NCBI GenBank assembly: GCA_031549285.1
Contig: JAVBPZ010000006.1
Span: forward strand, 8,196-72,195
DNA length: 64,000 bases
From: Oscillospiraceae bacterium
Lineage (GTDB): Bacteria > Bacillota > Clostridia > Oscillospirales > Ruminococcaceae
Reading direction: 5' to 3'
Shown: in pieces, positions 8,848 to 18,218 of the stretch
Numbering within the stretch: the first letter of the stretch is position 1
Layout of the letters: every line of letters begins with the position of its first letter
Position numbers and translations under genes: made by a program
Notes under the pieces: generated by a model
What the model was told of the DNA's origin: nothing
Databases searched by the model: none
Seen by the model: only the letters and a program-made list of their open reading frames with translations

Positions 8848-9687
8848 TTAAACCACTGAACGCCCCAGGTTCAACACCGGAGTGGGGTCATGAATAACTA
8901 CGGCCTGTTGGTTCAGCGCGGCATAGCTGTCCAGGAAAACCTGTTGTTCCACACCGGCCAGTTCATTGTTCAGCGGGTCGCGTAGATAAAAATACTCGTC
9001 GTCATACCCGCACAGCACCATGCAGTGCAGGTTGCTGTAGGGGACATACAGTTCATCGGTGGCGTTCAGGTACCAGTAGTTTATGCTGTCTTCCAGCGGC
9101 GCAAATTCCTTGGTACACCAGACCACTACCGGGTGTCCGTCCGCCAGCTGCTGCATCAGCGCCTGGCTATCGGCGCCGGTAATGTTCTGGGCCTGCAGCG
9201 AGCTTTTACTGTCGGCCAGGTACTGGTTTGCCGCCGTCACAATCGGCTGGGCAAAGCAGTAATAGCCGGTAGTATCGGCGGGGTTGCCCACATAGCTGTC
9301 GTTTGGGTCCGGGCCATAAGGCAGCCCGTTTTGTAGCACCACATCCGCGCGCGGCAGATAGTTTTCCACAATATCTATTTTATCCGCCGGAAGGCCCAGG
9401 TATTGCAGCAGCATGGTCAGGCTGGTGGCTTCACAGCCGTTTGGCAGCTCCGGCAGCTGGAGGATGTCCTCCACCGGCAGCTGGACGCTGGGGGGCAGTT
9501 CTTCCTTCTGAGGTGTGGCGGCGTCTTCCATGGGGCCGGTGGGCAGGGCGTTGTCCTGGTCGGTGGTATACGCCCCGGTGAAAAAGGATTTTATCTCTTC
9601 CCAGTAGATGGCATCGCCCATGCCGCAGCCGGTAAACAAAAACAGGGACAACAAAAAAACCGCCACCGGCCGGCGTTTGATTTTCAT
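8848..9687 (-). CDS. peptidase C39-like (papain-fold) lipoprotein
   Basis: The start MKIKRRPVAVFLLSLFLFTGC has a lipobox and follows GGAGGTGG. Catalytic-type motifs ELPNGCEATSLTMLLQY and NLHCMVLCGYDD are present. Confidence 0.7.
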   Translation of the reverse strand: MKIKRRPVAVFLLSLFLFTGCGMGDAIYWEEIKSFFTGAYTTDQDNALPTGPMEDAATPQKEELPPSVQLPVEDILQLPELPNGCEATSLTMLLQYLGLPADKIDIVENYLPRADVVLQNGLPYGPDPNDSYVGNPADTTGYYCFAQPIVTAANQYLADSKSSLQAQNITGADSQALMQQLADGHPVVVWCTKEFAPLEDSINYWYLNATDELYVPYSNLHCMVLCGYDDEYFYLRDPLNNELAGVEQQVFLDSYAALNQQAVVIHDPTPVLNLGRSVV

Positions 9688-9982
9688 GTGTCCACCTCCA
9701 GACTGCGGGTTTTGCGGTAGCCGTGCATTCTTGCCGGGAATCCCATGGGAAATGCAGGGCGTGTTGTGTCCACTACAGTGTATACCCGTCCGGGTGCAAA
9801 ATGTCAAGTGAAGAGAACAAGGTTTCGCATAACTATCACACGAACGACAAAATATTACATAATTCCAGTGCGAAGATGCCGGCAAAAACAAGGCGATTGT
9901 CAAAAAGTGTTTCTGAATCTTCACGGTTTTGAGCGGAAAACAGCAGGCCAGAGCCATGGGCCAAAACCCCGAGGCTTCTCAT

Positions 9983-10029
9983 AAAAATCATCACAGGACA
10001 GCTGCGAAACAACGCAGGCGGCCTGTGAT
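9983..10029 (-). terminator. intrinsic terminator after nadE
   Basis: On the minus strand, ATCACAGG...CCTGTGAT is followed by GATTTTTAT. Confidence 0.6.
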
Positions 10030-10083
10030 GGCAATGGGTATTGCGTGCTGTATTGGAGGGCGGGAAAGCGGAACACGGAATGT

Positions 10084-12033
10084 TCAGGACTGCGCGCCCG
10101 CCTCCAGCAGGTCTATTTCTGCCAGCCAGCCGTCGGCCACCGCGTCGCTGGGCATGCGCAGGGCACCGCGCGGGGACAAGCATACCGAGCCTACCACCGG
10201 GCCGTCTGGCAGGCAGCTGCGCTTAAACTGTTGCGCAAAGAACCGCCTGTAAAACACGCGCATCCAGCGAAGAATGACCGCACCGGTGTATTTGCCGTCA
10301 AACGCTGCCTGCGCCAGCCGGAAGATTTTCCGCGGGGAAAACCCCCAGCGCAGCATATAATACAAAAAGAAATCATGCAGTTCATAGGGGCCGACAATCT
10401 CCTCGGTATGCTGGGTGATGGCGCCGTCCTGTGCCGGCAGCAGTTCCGGGCTGACCGGTGTGTCCAAAATATCCTGCAATACCGGCGCCAGCTGTGGCAG
10501 CCGGCTTATTTCATGCAGCACCAAATGCGGCAGCAGCGTTTTGGGTACGCCGGCGTTCACGCTGTACATGCTCAGGTGATCCCCGCCATAGGTGGCCCAG
10601 CCCAGCGCCAGCTCTGACAAATCGCCGGTGCCCACCACAAAGCCGTCCCGCTGGTTGGCCATGTCCATTAGCACCAGGGTGCGCATGCGTGCCTGGGCGT
10701 TTTCGTACACGACATCCTGGGTGTTTTCATCGTGACCGATATCTGCGAAATGGCTCCTGACGGTGGCGGTGATGTCCACCGTCTCAAATGTGGCGCCCAC
10801 GGAAACGGCCAGTTCCTGTGCGTTTTTCAGCGTGCGCGGTGTGGTGCCAAACCCCGGCAGTGTAACCGCCAAAATATCCGCCGCCGGCGCGCCGGCCAGC
10901 TGTTGTGCGCGCGCCGCCACCAGCAGCGCCACGGCACTGTCCAGCCCGCCGGAAACACCCAGTACCAGCCGGGTGGCGCCCACATGTTCCTTGCGCGCAG
11001 CCAGCGCGTGGGCCTGTATGGTTAAAATCTCCTCACAACGTTCCGCGCGCTCGGAGGGTTCCGCCGGTACAAACGGAGTGGGGGATATGGTGCGAATCAG
11101 CGTCAGCTGCTCCACCGGCAGGGAAAAGGGAACACAGGCAACACCGGCAGAGCAGCAGGCGGCGTTTTCGCCGCAGCCACAGTCATGGGGCCGGGCCGCG
11201 TTCTGCCGTGCAAAAACCAGGCGTTGGGTGTCTATTTCGCTCATGGCCATGCTGCCGGTGAAGGGCGGGCCCTCAGCCAGCAGCACACCGTCCTCCGCCA
11301 CCAGGCTGTGCCCGGACAGCACTGCGTCGGTAACCGATTCCCCGCGCCCGGCGCTGGCAAAGAGGAGGGCGCAGTGCAGCCGCGCGCTATCCGCCATGGC
11401 GCGCAGGCGGCGGCGGTTGGCGCGTCCGGCGCCATCCGGCACGGCGGACATGTTTGCCAGCAGTACCGCGCCGGCGTCCGCCAGCGTTTGTGCGGTGGGG
11501 TAGTCATCGCCCAGGGTTACCCCCAGGCGCAGCCCCGGCATTTCTTCACAGCAGAACAGTTGCCCGGCGCCGATGGGCACCCCGCGCAGAAAGGTGTTTT
11601 CGTTGTCCAGCGGTACGGCCGGAAAAAAGCCTGGCGCAAACCAGCGGGCGTCTTCGCTGCCGCCCCGTGCCCCGGTGGAAAGCGTCATTTTTGGGACCAA
11701 CCCCAGCACCCGCCCGCGGTGTAGTACCGCGGCACAGTTATATAGCTTACCGCCGTGCACCACCGGGCACCCGACAACCAGCAACAGGGAAAGCTCCTTG
11801 GTCTGTTCGCACACGGCCCGCAGTGTCGCGGCGGCATCCGCCAGCAACTGTTGTTGGAAAAATAAATCACCACAAGTGGCGCCGGTAACGCACAATTCCG
11901 GCAGTACCAATACCTGCACCGTGCGCTGTGCCGCCGTTTCAGCCGCCAGGGCCATCATCCGCCCGTTGCGGGCGCAGTTTGCTGCCTTGCCCCATATCGG
12001 CGCGGCGGCTACCCGTACAAATCCATCGTTCAT
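10084..12033 (-). CDS. nadE: glutamine-dependent NAD+ synthetase
   Basis: The protein starts MNDGFVRVAAA after GGGAGGG. It has an N-terminal CN-hydrolase domain (LVLPELCVTG) and a C-terminal synthetase P-loop (VLGVSGGLDSA). The ORF-track extension to 12879 is rejected. Confidence 0.9.
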   Translation of the reverse strand: MNDGFVRVAAAPIWGKAANCARNGRMMALAAETAAQRTVQVLVLPELCVTGATCGDLFFQQQLLADAAATLRAVCEQTKELSLLLVVGCPVVHGGKLYNCAAVLHRGRVLGLVPKMTLSTGARGGSEDARWFAPGFFPAVPLDNENTFLRGVPIGAGQLFCCEEMPGLRLGVTLGDDYPTAQTLADAGAVLLANMSAVPDGAGRANRRRLRAMADSARLHCALLFASAGRGESVTDAVLSGHSLVAEDGVLLAEGPPFTGSMAMSEIDTQRLVFARQNAARPHDCGCGENAACCSAGVACVPFSLPVEQLTLIRTISPTPFVPAEPSERAERCEEILTIQAHALAARKEHVGATRLVLGVSGGLDSAVALLVAARAQQLAGAPAADILAVTLPGFGTTPRTLKNAQELAVSVGATFETVDITATVRSHFADIGHDENTQDVVYENAQARMRTLVLMDMANQRDGFVVGTGDLSELALGWATYGGDHLSMYSVNAGVPKTLLPHLVLHEISRLPQLAPVLQDILDTPVSPELLPAQDGAITQHTEEIVGPYELHDFFLYYMLRWGFSPRKIFRLAQAAFDGKYTGAVILRWMRVFYRRFFAQQFKRSCLPDGPVVGSVCLSPRGALRMPSDAVADGWLAEIDLLEAGAQS

Positions 12034-12412
12034 GTTGGCCCTCCCGTGGCGTTGGCATGCGTCTGTTTCTCCTATATTGTAGCGAATTTTTGCCAAATTC
12101 ACAAGCGGGGAATGCCACCCAAAGGCCAGGAACAACAACCAACAGGCCGGTGCGGGTAAAAATACAAACGAATACCAGCACGCTTTTGACAGTTTTGCGA
12201 TGAATCCGGCCATTTTTTCCGCGTAAAACCCCCCGAGCCATAAATTTTTAAAATTCCGTGGCGTAAGGCGGGCGGATGTGGTAAAATAGCAGTCAATGTA
12301 AAACCGGGTATAAAGTTTCCAGCGCTGCTGTCGATGTATTTGATTGAAGAAAAATGCCCATGAAAGGCATAGCATATAAAACACAATATCCATGCAGAAA
12401 GGTGGTGGCCGG

Positions 12413-13462
12413 ATGAACAAGAAGAAGCAGTCTGTAAAGGAATATGTTGTTGTCATCGCGGCTGTTGTACTGTTTGTTGTGGTCAGCGGTCTTTCTGTTT
12501 TTTCGTTGTGGCAGGTACGAGACAACTCCCGGGTAATCACCCGTGTGGGGTTTGTCAGCGGTACCGCCCAGCAGCTGGTAAAGCGCGAATTACAGGGGTA
12601 CCCTGATGACGAGCTGATCCTGCAGTTGGACGGCGTGATAAATGAACTGTTGACCGGCGAAGGCGAAAATGGCCTGCCGGTGCTGAATGATGCCCAGTAC
12701 CAGAGCGATTTAAAGCAGGTAAAGATTGGTTGGGAGCAAATTAAGGAAGAAATATACCGGGTGCGTGATGGCGGACCGCCCCAGCGGCTGTATGCCCTCA
12801 GCGAAGAGTATCTGGTCACCGTAAAGAATGCCATAGATTCCGCCACAGAGTATTCCGAGCGGCAGCTGGCGTTTGCCACCTATGTGCTGCTAGGCGCCAT
12901 TGTGCTGACGGTATTCATTTTTGCCGTGGCGCTGGCGGTGCTGGCCCGTTCGTCCAAGCTGCGCAAAAAGGCCGAGATGCTGAACAAAATAGCCTATATA
13001 GACCCATTGACCAGCCTGCCAAACCGCGCCAGCAGCGAGCAAGCCATTGCCGCCTTGAAGAACAGCCCGCCGGAAGGCGACCTGGTGGTGTTTATGTTTG
13101 ACATGAACAACCTGAAAACCGTGAATAATATGTTTGGCCGCAATGTGGGCGATAAGCTGATTGCGGCGTTTGGTCGTGTCCTGAGCAGCGAAGCGGCCGA
13201 GTACGGTTTTGTGGGCCGTTTTGGCGGGGATGAGTTCATCGCCATTTTCCAAAACGCGGACGAGGACATGGCCGGAAGGTACCTCTCGCATGTGAACGAG
13301 CGCATCGTCACCTATAACCTGATGCGGGTGGTGGATGAAGAAAAAATCAGCTTTTCGGTAGGCTACTGCATCAACAACATGCGCAACATCAGCCTGGATG
13401 ACATGATTACCGAATCGGAACGGCGCATGTACCTGAAAAAACGCGAGATAAAGGGCATGTAA
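12413..13462 (+). CDS. membrane-anchored diguanylate cyclase (GGDEF)
   Basis: The gene has an N-terminal TM segment plus a sensor region, and an intact GGDEF motif (GRFGGDEFIAIF). Confidence 0.85.
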   Translation: MNKKKQSVKEYVVVIAAVVLFVVVSGLSVFSLWQVRDNSRVITRVGFVSGTAQQLVKRELQGYPDDELILQLDGVINELLTGEGENGLPVLNDAQYQSDLKQVKIGWEQIKEEIYRVRDGGPPQRLYALSEEYLVTVKNAIDSATEYSERQLAFATYVLLGAIVLTVFIFAVALAVLARSSKLRKKAEMLNKIAYIDPLTSLPNRASSEQAIAALKNSPPEGDLVVFMFDMNNLKTVNNMFGRNVGDKLIAAFGRVLSSEAAEYGFVGRFGGDEFIAIFQNADEDMAGRYLSHVNERIVTYNLMRVVDEEKISFSVGYCINNMRNISLDDMITESERRMYLKKREIKGM

Positions 13463-13530
13463 GGCATGTTTTGCCGTGCAAAAATGGACTGACCACCCGC
13501 CAGGGAACGGCAGGTGTGTGAAAAGAGGTG

Positions 13531-15795
13531 ATGGAAGTGTCGAAGACGCGCAGAATAATGATACGGGTGGCCGCGGCGGTGTTTGCGGTGGTATGGGTCG
13601 GGTATTTTGTGCTGTTCGTGGTGGTGATGAACAATTATTCAAAAGAAAACCTGCACCAAATGCGACACTCCATCGAAAACCAGGTCTCAGATAATATTGA
13701 AGATTTAGTCAATTCTTCATATCTATATTTAAGCGGGCACGGGCAGGAGGAATTTACCACCCGCCAGGATGTGGAGGATTTTCTGTACAACCTGCCCCAG
13801 ACAGAAGAAGATGTAACCTTCCGCATTGTGGATTACAACGGCTTTGTGTATACCTCGGACAGCGTTATGCTGACCACCGCCGACGCGTCGCGCATTGCCC
13901 AGGACGTGGCGGAAAAAGGCTACTCCATAACCAATCTGCGGGACAACTCTGACCGGACCGAGCGGGTGATGGTGTGCCTGCCGTTCCCGGGCAGCGACGA
14001 ATATTATTTTGCGCAGGTAATGCGCCCGGAAACCTTTGCCGCAAAGGCCCTGCAAAACCTGGATGTGGATGGACTGTTTTTGGGCGTGTACAACCAGCAC
14101 GGTACCGAGCTGGCGTTTGAAGAGGTTTCCTGGGACAGCGACGGTGACACGCAGGCGGAGGCCCAACAGTTTGAAAAAGCACGCACTTCGCTGCAAACCG
14201 GCGCGCACGATGTGGCCTCCATGGTGCAAACCGTAGACAACTTTGATGTAAGCACCGTGGGCCAAAGCGATGTTTTCTGGCAGTCCAGCAACATGTATGT
14301 GATGCTGGGCGAGCCAAGCGGTTGGTTCCTGGGGGTGTATGTGCCGCCCATGCAAAGCATGCCGTTCCTGCCTATCCTTATGGTTACCATGCTGCTGGTG
14401 TTTGCTTCCGGCATTGTTGTTCTGTTTCTGGCGCTGCCGTCCGACACGCGCAAGAAAGAAGCCCGGCAAAAGAGCGAAGCGGAAGATATTTTGAACGAGA
14501 TGGAAAACGACGAGATCATGCAGCAGGCGCTGAAAGACCTGTTCCGCAAGCGCCAGGAAAAAGAACACTGCATTGTTTGTTTGGATATCGCGGCGTTCCA
14601 CCGGTTCAACGCCATGTTTGGGTATGCCTCCGGCGACCGGCTGCTGTATGTGGTGGGCAACACACTACGTACCAACTATAATGCCTGCACCCGCATCAGC
14701 GGCGACGTGTTTGCGGTGCTTACGCCCATTACCCCCACCTTCATCGAGGACCTGGAGGAACTGCTGTACAGCGCCATTCGCCAGGAGCTGGGGACACAGT
14801 ACCAGCAGGTGATTGTGTTCAAGTTTGGGGTGTATCCCATCATTGAAATGCCGCGCAACTACCGCGAGATTTTCGACGGCGCGCTGATGGCGGTGAAAGA
14901 AGCAAAAGGCAGGCCAAAGCAAAATGTAGTGGTATATGACACCAGCTTCCAAAACCAGGTGTCTTTCCAGAAAAATGTGGAGATTAACATGTTGCACGCG
15001 CTGAGCAAGGAAGAATTTGTGGTGTATGTGCAACCAAAGATGGACGTGAAGACCCGCGGCTGCAGCGGCGGCGAGGCGCTGATTCGCTGGAATTCCGAGC
15101 AGATGGGCTTCATCATGCCGGACCAGTTCATTCCTATTTTTGAGCGCAACGGCTTTATCATGGAAATTGACTTCTTCGTGCTGACCACCGTACTGAAATA
15201 CCAGCAGGACGCGCTGGATAATGGCCGTCCGCTGCATCCCGTCTCGGTGAACCAGTCCAAGGTCACCATTTCGTTCCCGAATTACCTGGAGCGCCTGCGC
15301 AAGACGATAGACCGCTTCTCGGTACCGCTGGAGTATGTGGAGATAGAAATTACCGAGGGCGCGCTGGAAAGCGACTACGAGTCCATGATTAGCTTAATGT
15401 ATTCGCTGAAGGAGATGGGCTTCTCAGTGGCAATGGACGATTTTGGCACCGGGTATTCCTCGCTGAACACGCTGCGTGTGCTGCCGGTGGATGTCATCAA
15501 GATCGACAAAGGCTTCCTGCGAGAGTCCGACACCTCCGACCGCAGTAGAAAAATCATTAAAAATGTCATCAACATGTCGAAAGAGCTGGGGATTGCCATC
15601 GTGTGCGAAGGGGTGGAAACCGAGCTGCAGTTCGAGTTTTTGAACGACATTGGGTGCGATTACATTCAGGGGTACCTGTTCGCAAAGCCCATGCAGTACG
15701 ACGAGTACACACAGAAATACAGCGGGTTTTCCCAGGTGGCGGGGGCGGGAACAGCGGCACCGGCCGCACCCCAGCCCAGTGCACAGAACATGTGA
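13531..15795 (+). CDS. c-di-GMP phosphodiesterase (sensor, degenerate GGDEF, EAL)
   Basis: EAL-domain motifs are present: EALIRW, DDFGTGYSSLN, IKIDKGF, EGVET and QGYLF. The GGDEF site is degenerate (ISGDVFAVL). The start is uncertain: ATG at 13531 or GTG at 13537. Confidence 0.85.
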   Translation: MEVSKTRRIMIRVAAAVFAVVWVGYFVLFVVVMNNYSKENLHQMRHSIENQVSDNIEDLVNSSYLYLSGHGQEEFTTRQDVEDFLYNLPQTEEDVTFRIVDYNGFVYTSDSVMLTTADASRIAQDVAEKGYSITNLRDNSDRTERVMVCLPFPGSDEYYFAQVMRPETFAAKALQNLDVDGLFLGVYNQHGTELAFEEVSWDSDGDTQAEAQQFEKARTSLQTGAHDVASMVQTVDNFDVSTVGQSDVFWQSSNMYVMLGEPSGWFLGVYVPPMQSMPFLPILMVTMLLVFASGIVVLFLALPSDTRKKEARQKSEAEDILNEMENDEIMQQALKDLFRKRQEKEHCIVCLDIAAFHRFNAMFGYASGDRLLYVVGNTLRTNYNACTRISGDVFAVLTPITPTFIEDLEELLYSAIRQELGTQYQQVIVFKFGVYPIIEMPRNYREIFDGALMAVKEAKGRPKQNVVVYDTSFQNQVSFQKNVEINMLHALSKEEFVVYVQPKMDVKTRGCSGGEALIRWNSEQMGFIMPDQFIPIFERNGFIMEIDFFVLTTVLKYQQDALDNGRPLHPVSVNQSKVTISFPNYLERLRKTIDRFSVPLEYVEIEITEGALESDYESMISLMYSLKEMGFSVAMDDFGTGYSSLNTLRVLPVDVIKIDKGFLRESDTSDRSRKIIKNVINMSKELGIAIVCEGVETELQFEFLNDIGCDYIQGYLFAKPMQYDEYTQKYSGFSQVAGAGTAAPAAPQPSAQNM

Positions 15796-15839
15796 CGGTG
15801 TTCCCGTGTCCTACTGCAGACATGAAAAGAAAAAACAAC

Positions 15840-15896
15840 AAAACCCCTGCCGGGCAGCTTTGGCGCAAAGCCAGTGCCGAACGGCGGGGGTTTTGT
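15840..15896. terminator. bidirectional compound hairpin terminator
   Basis: AAAACCCCTGCCG...CGGCGGGGGTTTT has an inner stem, with an A-run upstream and a T-run downstream. Confidence 0.6.
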
Positions 15897-15954
15897 GTAC
15901 TATATTGGGTTGCGCACTGTGAACATACAGCAAAAAAGAACATATATCGTTGCG

Positions 15955-16464
15955 TTATGGTGCCTTCGGCAGCGGATACGACATGGGAATGAAACAAATG
16001 CCGTTTTCTGTTTGTGCTGGGCCGGTGGGGGAAAAGCCCAAGCGCGTATAGGCTTGCACTGCATATGGTGAGGAATGCACCAGAATTTCCGTGATACCGG
16101 TGACGGCCTGTTGTTCCCGGCAGTATGGCAGCATGGCGGCAAACAGGACCCTCGCAATGCCTTGCCGGTGGTGTGCGCCATCCACAAACAGCAGCGAAAG
16201 ATGGTTTGGCGGCCGCAACGCGAGCACCCCGACAGGTATCGCTGGGGTCTCCGGCAGGAAGCAGCCCCATAGCAGCAGTGTTCCGTCCGTCAGCATTTTG
16301 CGCAGATTGGCGGGGTCAACGTAGCGTTCAAACTCCGCCACACCCGCAGGATTGTATTCGGGCGCGACATATTCGCGGAACACCCGGCGGACAAGAGCAA
16401 TGGCATCCGCTATTTCCGGCGGCGCCAACCGGCGCACACAGGGGCAGGCATACAACAGCCGCAC
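15955..16464 (-). CDS. GNAT family N-acetyltransferase
   Basis: The acetyl-CoA-binding core HHRQGIARVLF lies in a beta-alpha context. The start is uncertain and may be TTG at 16455. Confidence 0.7.
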   Translation of the reverse strand: MRLLYACPCVRRLAPPEIADAIALVRRVFREYVAPEYNPAGVAEFERYVDPANLRKMLTDGTLLLWGCFLPETPAIPVGVLALRPPNHLSLLFVDGAHHRQGIARVLFAAMLPYCREQQAVTGITEILVHSSPYAVQAYTRLGFSPTGPAQTENGICFIPMSYPLPKAP

Positions 16465-16499
16465 CTCCTTTGGCTACTTCGTATTTTTGTTTGCCGGGG

Positions 16500-16910
16500 C
16501 TACCGGAAGCCCTCTGCAAAGGCCGCGACCTCCAGCAGGTCTTGCTCGTTCGGGCGCTTGCGGTTAAAAAACAAAAACCGGCCCCGGCAGTGGAACGACG
16601 CCTCTGCCATAGGGATTCCGCGTGCTTTTAAAATGGCCGCAATCTCCGCCTGGGGCGTTTGCTCGCTGCCCAGCGATGTGGTGAACACGGCCACCTCTTT
16701 CACCATGTCGGGGGACAGCCCTTCCAGGAAACTGTGCAGCGAGGGGTCAATTTTACCAGCGTATAACGCACCGCCGAGGAACAGAACATCCACCGGGCCG
16801 TCCAGCGGCTCCGCGCAGGTTTTTGCCTGTACGTTCAAGGCCCCGGCGATGGCGTCGGCCAGTTTTTTGGTGTTGCCGGTGCGGGAAAAGTAGCGTACTT
16901 CATATGTCAT
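16500..16910 (-). CDS. flavodoxin family protein
   Basis: The start MTYEVRYFSRTGNTKKLADAIA (flavodoxin FMN-binding N-terminus) follows GGAGG. Confidence 0.8.
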   Translation of the reverse strand: MTYEVRYFSRTGNTKKLADAIAGALNVQAKTCAEPLDGPVDVLFLGGALYAGKIDPSLHSFLEGLSPDMVKEVAVFTTSLGSEQTPQAEIAAILKARGIPMAEASFHCRGRFLFFNRKRPNEQDLLEVAAFAEGFR

Positions 16911-17032
16911 GGAAAAGCCTCCTTTTATATGCGCATATCCCTGTGGCACCAAATGCCGGTTACAGGGTATACTGTAGTTATACACCATCCGCGCCCGGAT
17001 GGATATGCCAAAAGTGAAAGTTTGGGAATTCT

Positions 17033-17451
17033 ATGCGAATGCCAAAGAAGATTGACGCTGGGTGGCTGGCCCCGTGTGGGGTGAATTGCCTGGTCTGCAG
17101 TGCGCATTTGGCCAGCAAAAACCCCTGCCCAGGGTGCCGCGCGCCCAGCGATACCATCACGCGGAAAAGCTGCCAGAACTGCGTGAAAAAGAAATGCGCG
17201 GCGGAACAGGGGTAGAGTGGTGCTTTTTGTGCAGCCGATTTCCCTGCACCCGCATCAAAAGACTGGATGCGCGCTACCGCGAAAACTATGGGCAATATCT
17301 GGTGCAAAACGGCCAGGATGCAAAAACGGATATGACCGCCTTTTTGCAGGCGCAGCGAGAATGTTTTACCTGCCGGCGGTGTGGTGGGGTTATTGACCAA
17401 CACCACCGGATTTGCAGTGAATGCGGCGCCGGGGCAGATCACCAGCTTTAA
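17033..17451 (+). pseudogene. Cys-rich DUF3795-like protein interrupted by a -1 frameshift at a G4 run (17209-17212)
   Basis: Frame A (17033..17215) ends ...KKKCAAEQG*. Frame B continues directly with VEWCFLCSRFPCTRIKRLDARYRENYG...CRRCGG...CSECG. Joined, they give one contiguous Cys-rich protein. Confidence 0.65.
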
Positions 17452-17540
17452 AGGGTTGGCGGAATGCCGCAGGAACAATTACGCCAGCGGCGTGGTGCGC
17501 AAAAGAGAACCATATAGAAAGAGTTGCGCCCAGCGCTATC

Positions 17541-18161
17541 TCATCGGGAGGCATTGGTCGCGAAGTTTTTCAAAATGGCAGCATCCTCGTTTTCTTTGCT
17601 CGCGTCATCAGAATAACAAAAGCTGATTCCCGTATCATTGCAAAAATATTCAAATAACGATGGACGCAACAATCTTGTCTTATCTGCGTTAAACTCACTT
17701 CGTGCCCCGCCGTTCGGGTTCCGTTTCACTTTTGTGCAGTAGATTTTATTTGGGTCTTCCGAATCACTTTTACTAAGGGACTGAACCATGGCGGCCATTT
17801 CGTTTGGCGAAATAGTATCGGGAATAAAGGCGGGAACAGCCTGTCCCAGCTGGGCCGTGAACTGACGAAGAATATCACCTAAATTTTTCTGAAACTCTAT
17901 CCCAAAGTATGCACGTAATTCCTTGGCACCTATTAGTAGATTTAGACTATTTGCTTCTACCTGCAAATCGTCCTGCAGGTCTTCTTCTTTCAAAAAATGC
18001 AATTTCACCAGGGCTTTATCGTGTATCCTTTTTTCTGTGCCAACAAACCGCTTTACAAGCACAATATAGTCCGTTTCTTTGTAATGAAACAGGAAGCTGC
18101 ATATCGTCTGATGCCTATTAACCAAATCTTTTTTTAAGGATTTCAAGTTTTCGAGAAACAT
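17541..18161 (-). CDS. hypothetical protein (206 aa), visibly lower G+C
   Basis: This is a clean ORF with no competing ORFs. No family was recognised. Confidence 0.55.
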   Translation of the reverse strand: MFLENLKSLKKDLVNRHQTICSFLFHYKETDYIVLVKRFVGTEKRIHDKALVKLHFLKEEDLQDDLQVEANSLNLLIGAKELRAYFGIEFQKNLGDILRQFTAQLGQAVPAFIPDTISPNEMAAMVQSLSKSDSEDPNKIYCTKVKRNPNGGARSEFNADKTRLLRPSLFEYFCNDTGISFCYSDDASKENEDAAILKNFATNASR

Positions 18162-18218
18162 GCTTTCCTCCCGCTATGCCCCTGGCATTTTATCCCCGCG
18201 CGCGCAGGGCGCCTGTTC

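Noticed and set aside
5100-10083. Classic ssrA-targeted genomic island with integrase and duplicated tmRNA 3' end
   Set aside because: No integrase gene was found, and no second copy of the tmRNA 3' terminus. It is kept only as a low-confidence remark that the stretch looks accessory.
12034-12412. Possible NAD-related riboswitch in the divergent nadE / GGDEF intergenic region
   Set aside because: Only promoter-like elements were seen (TTGTGA-17-TACAAT for nadE). No recognisable conserved RNA motif was found.
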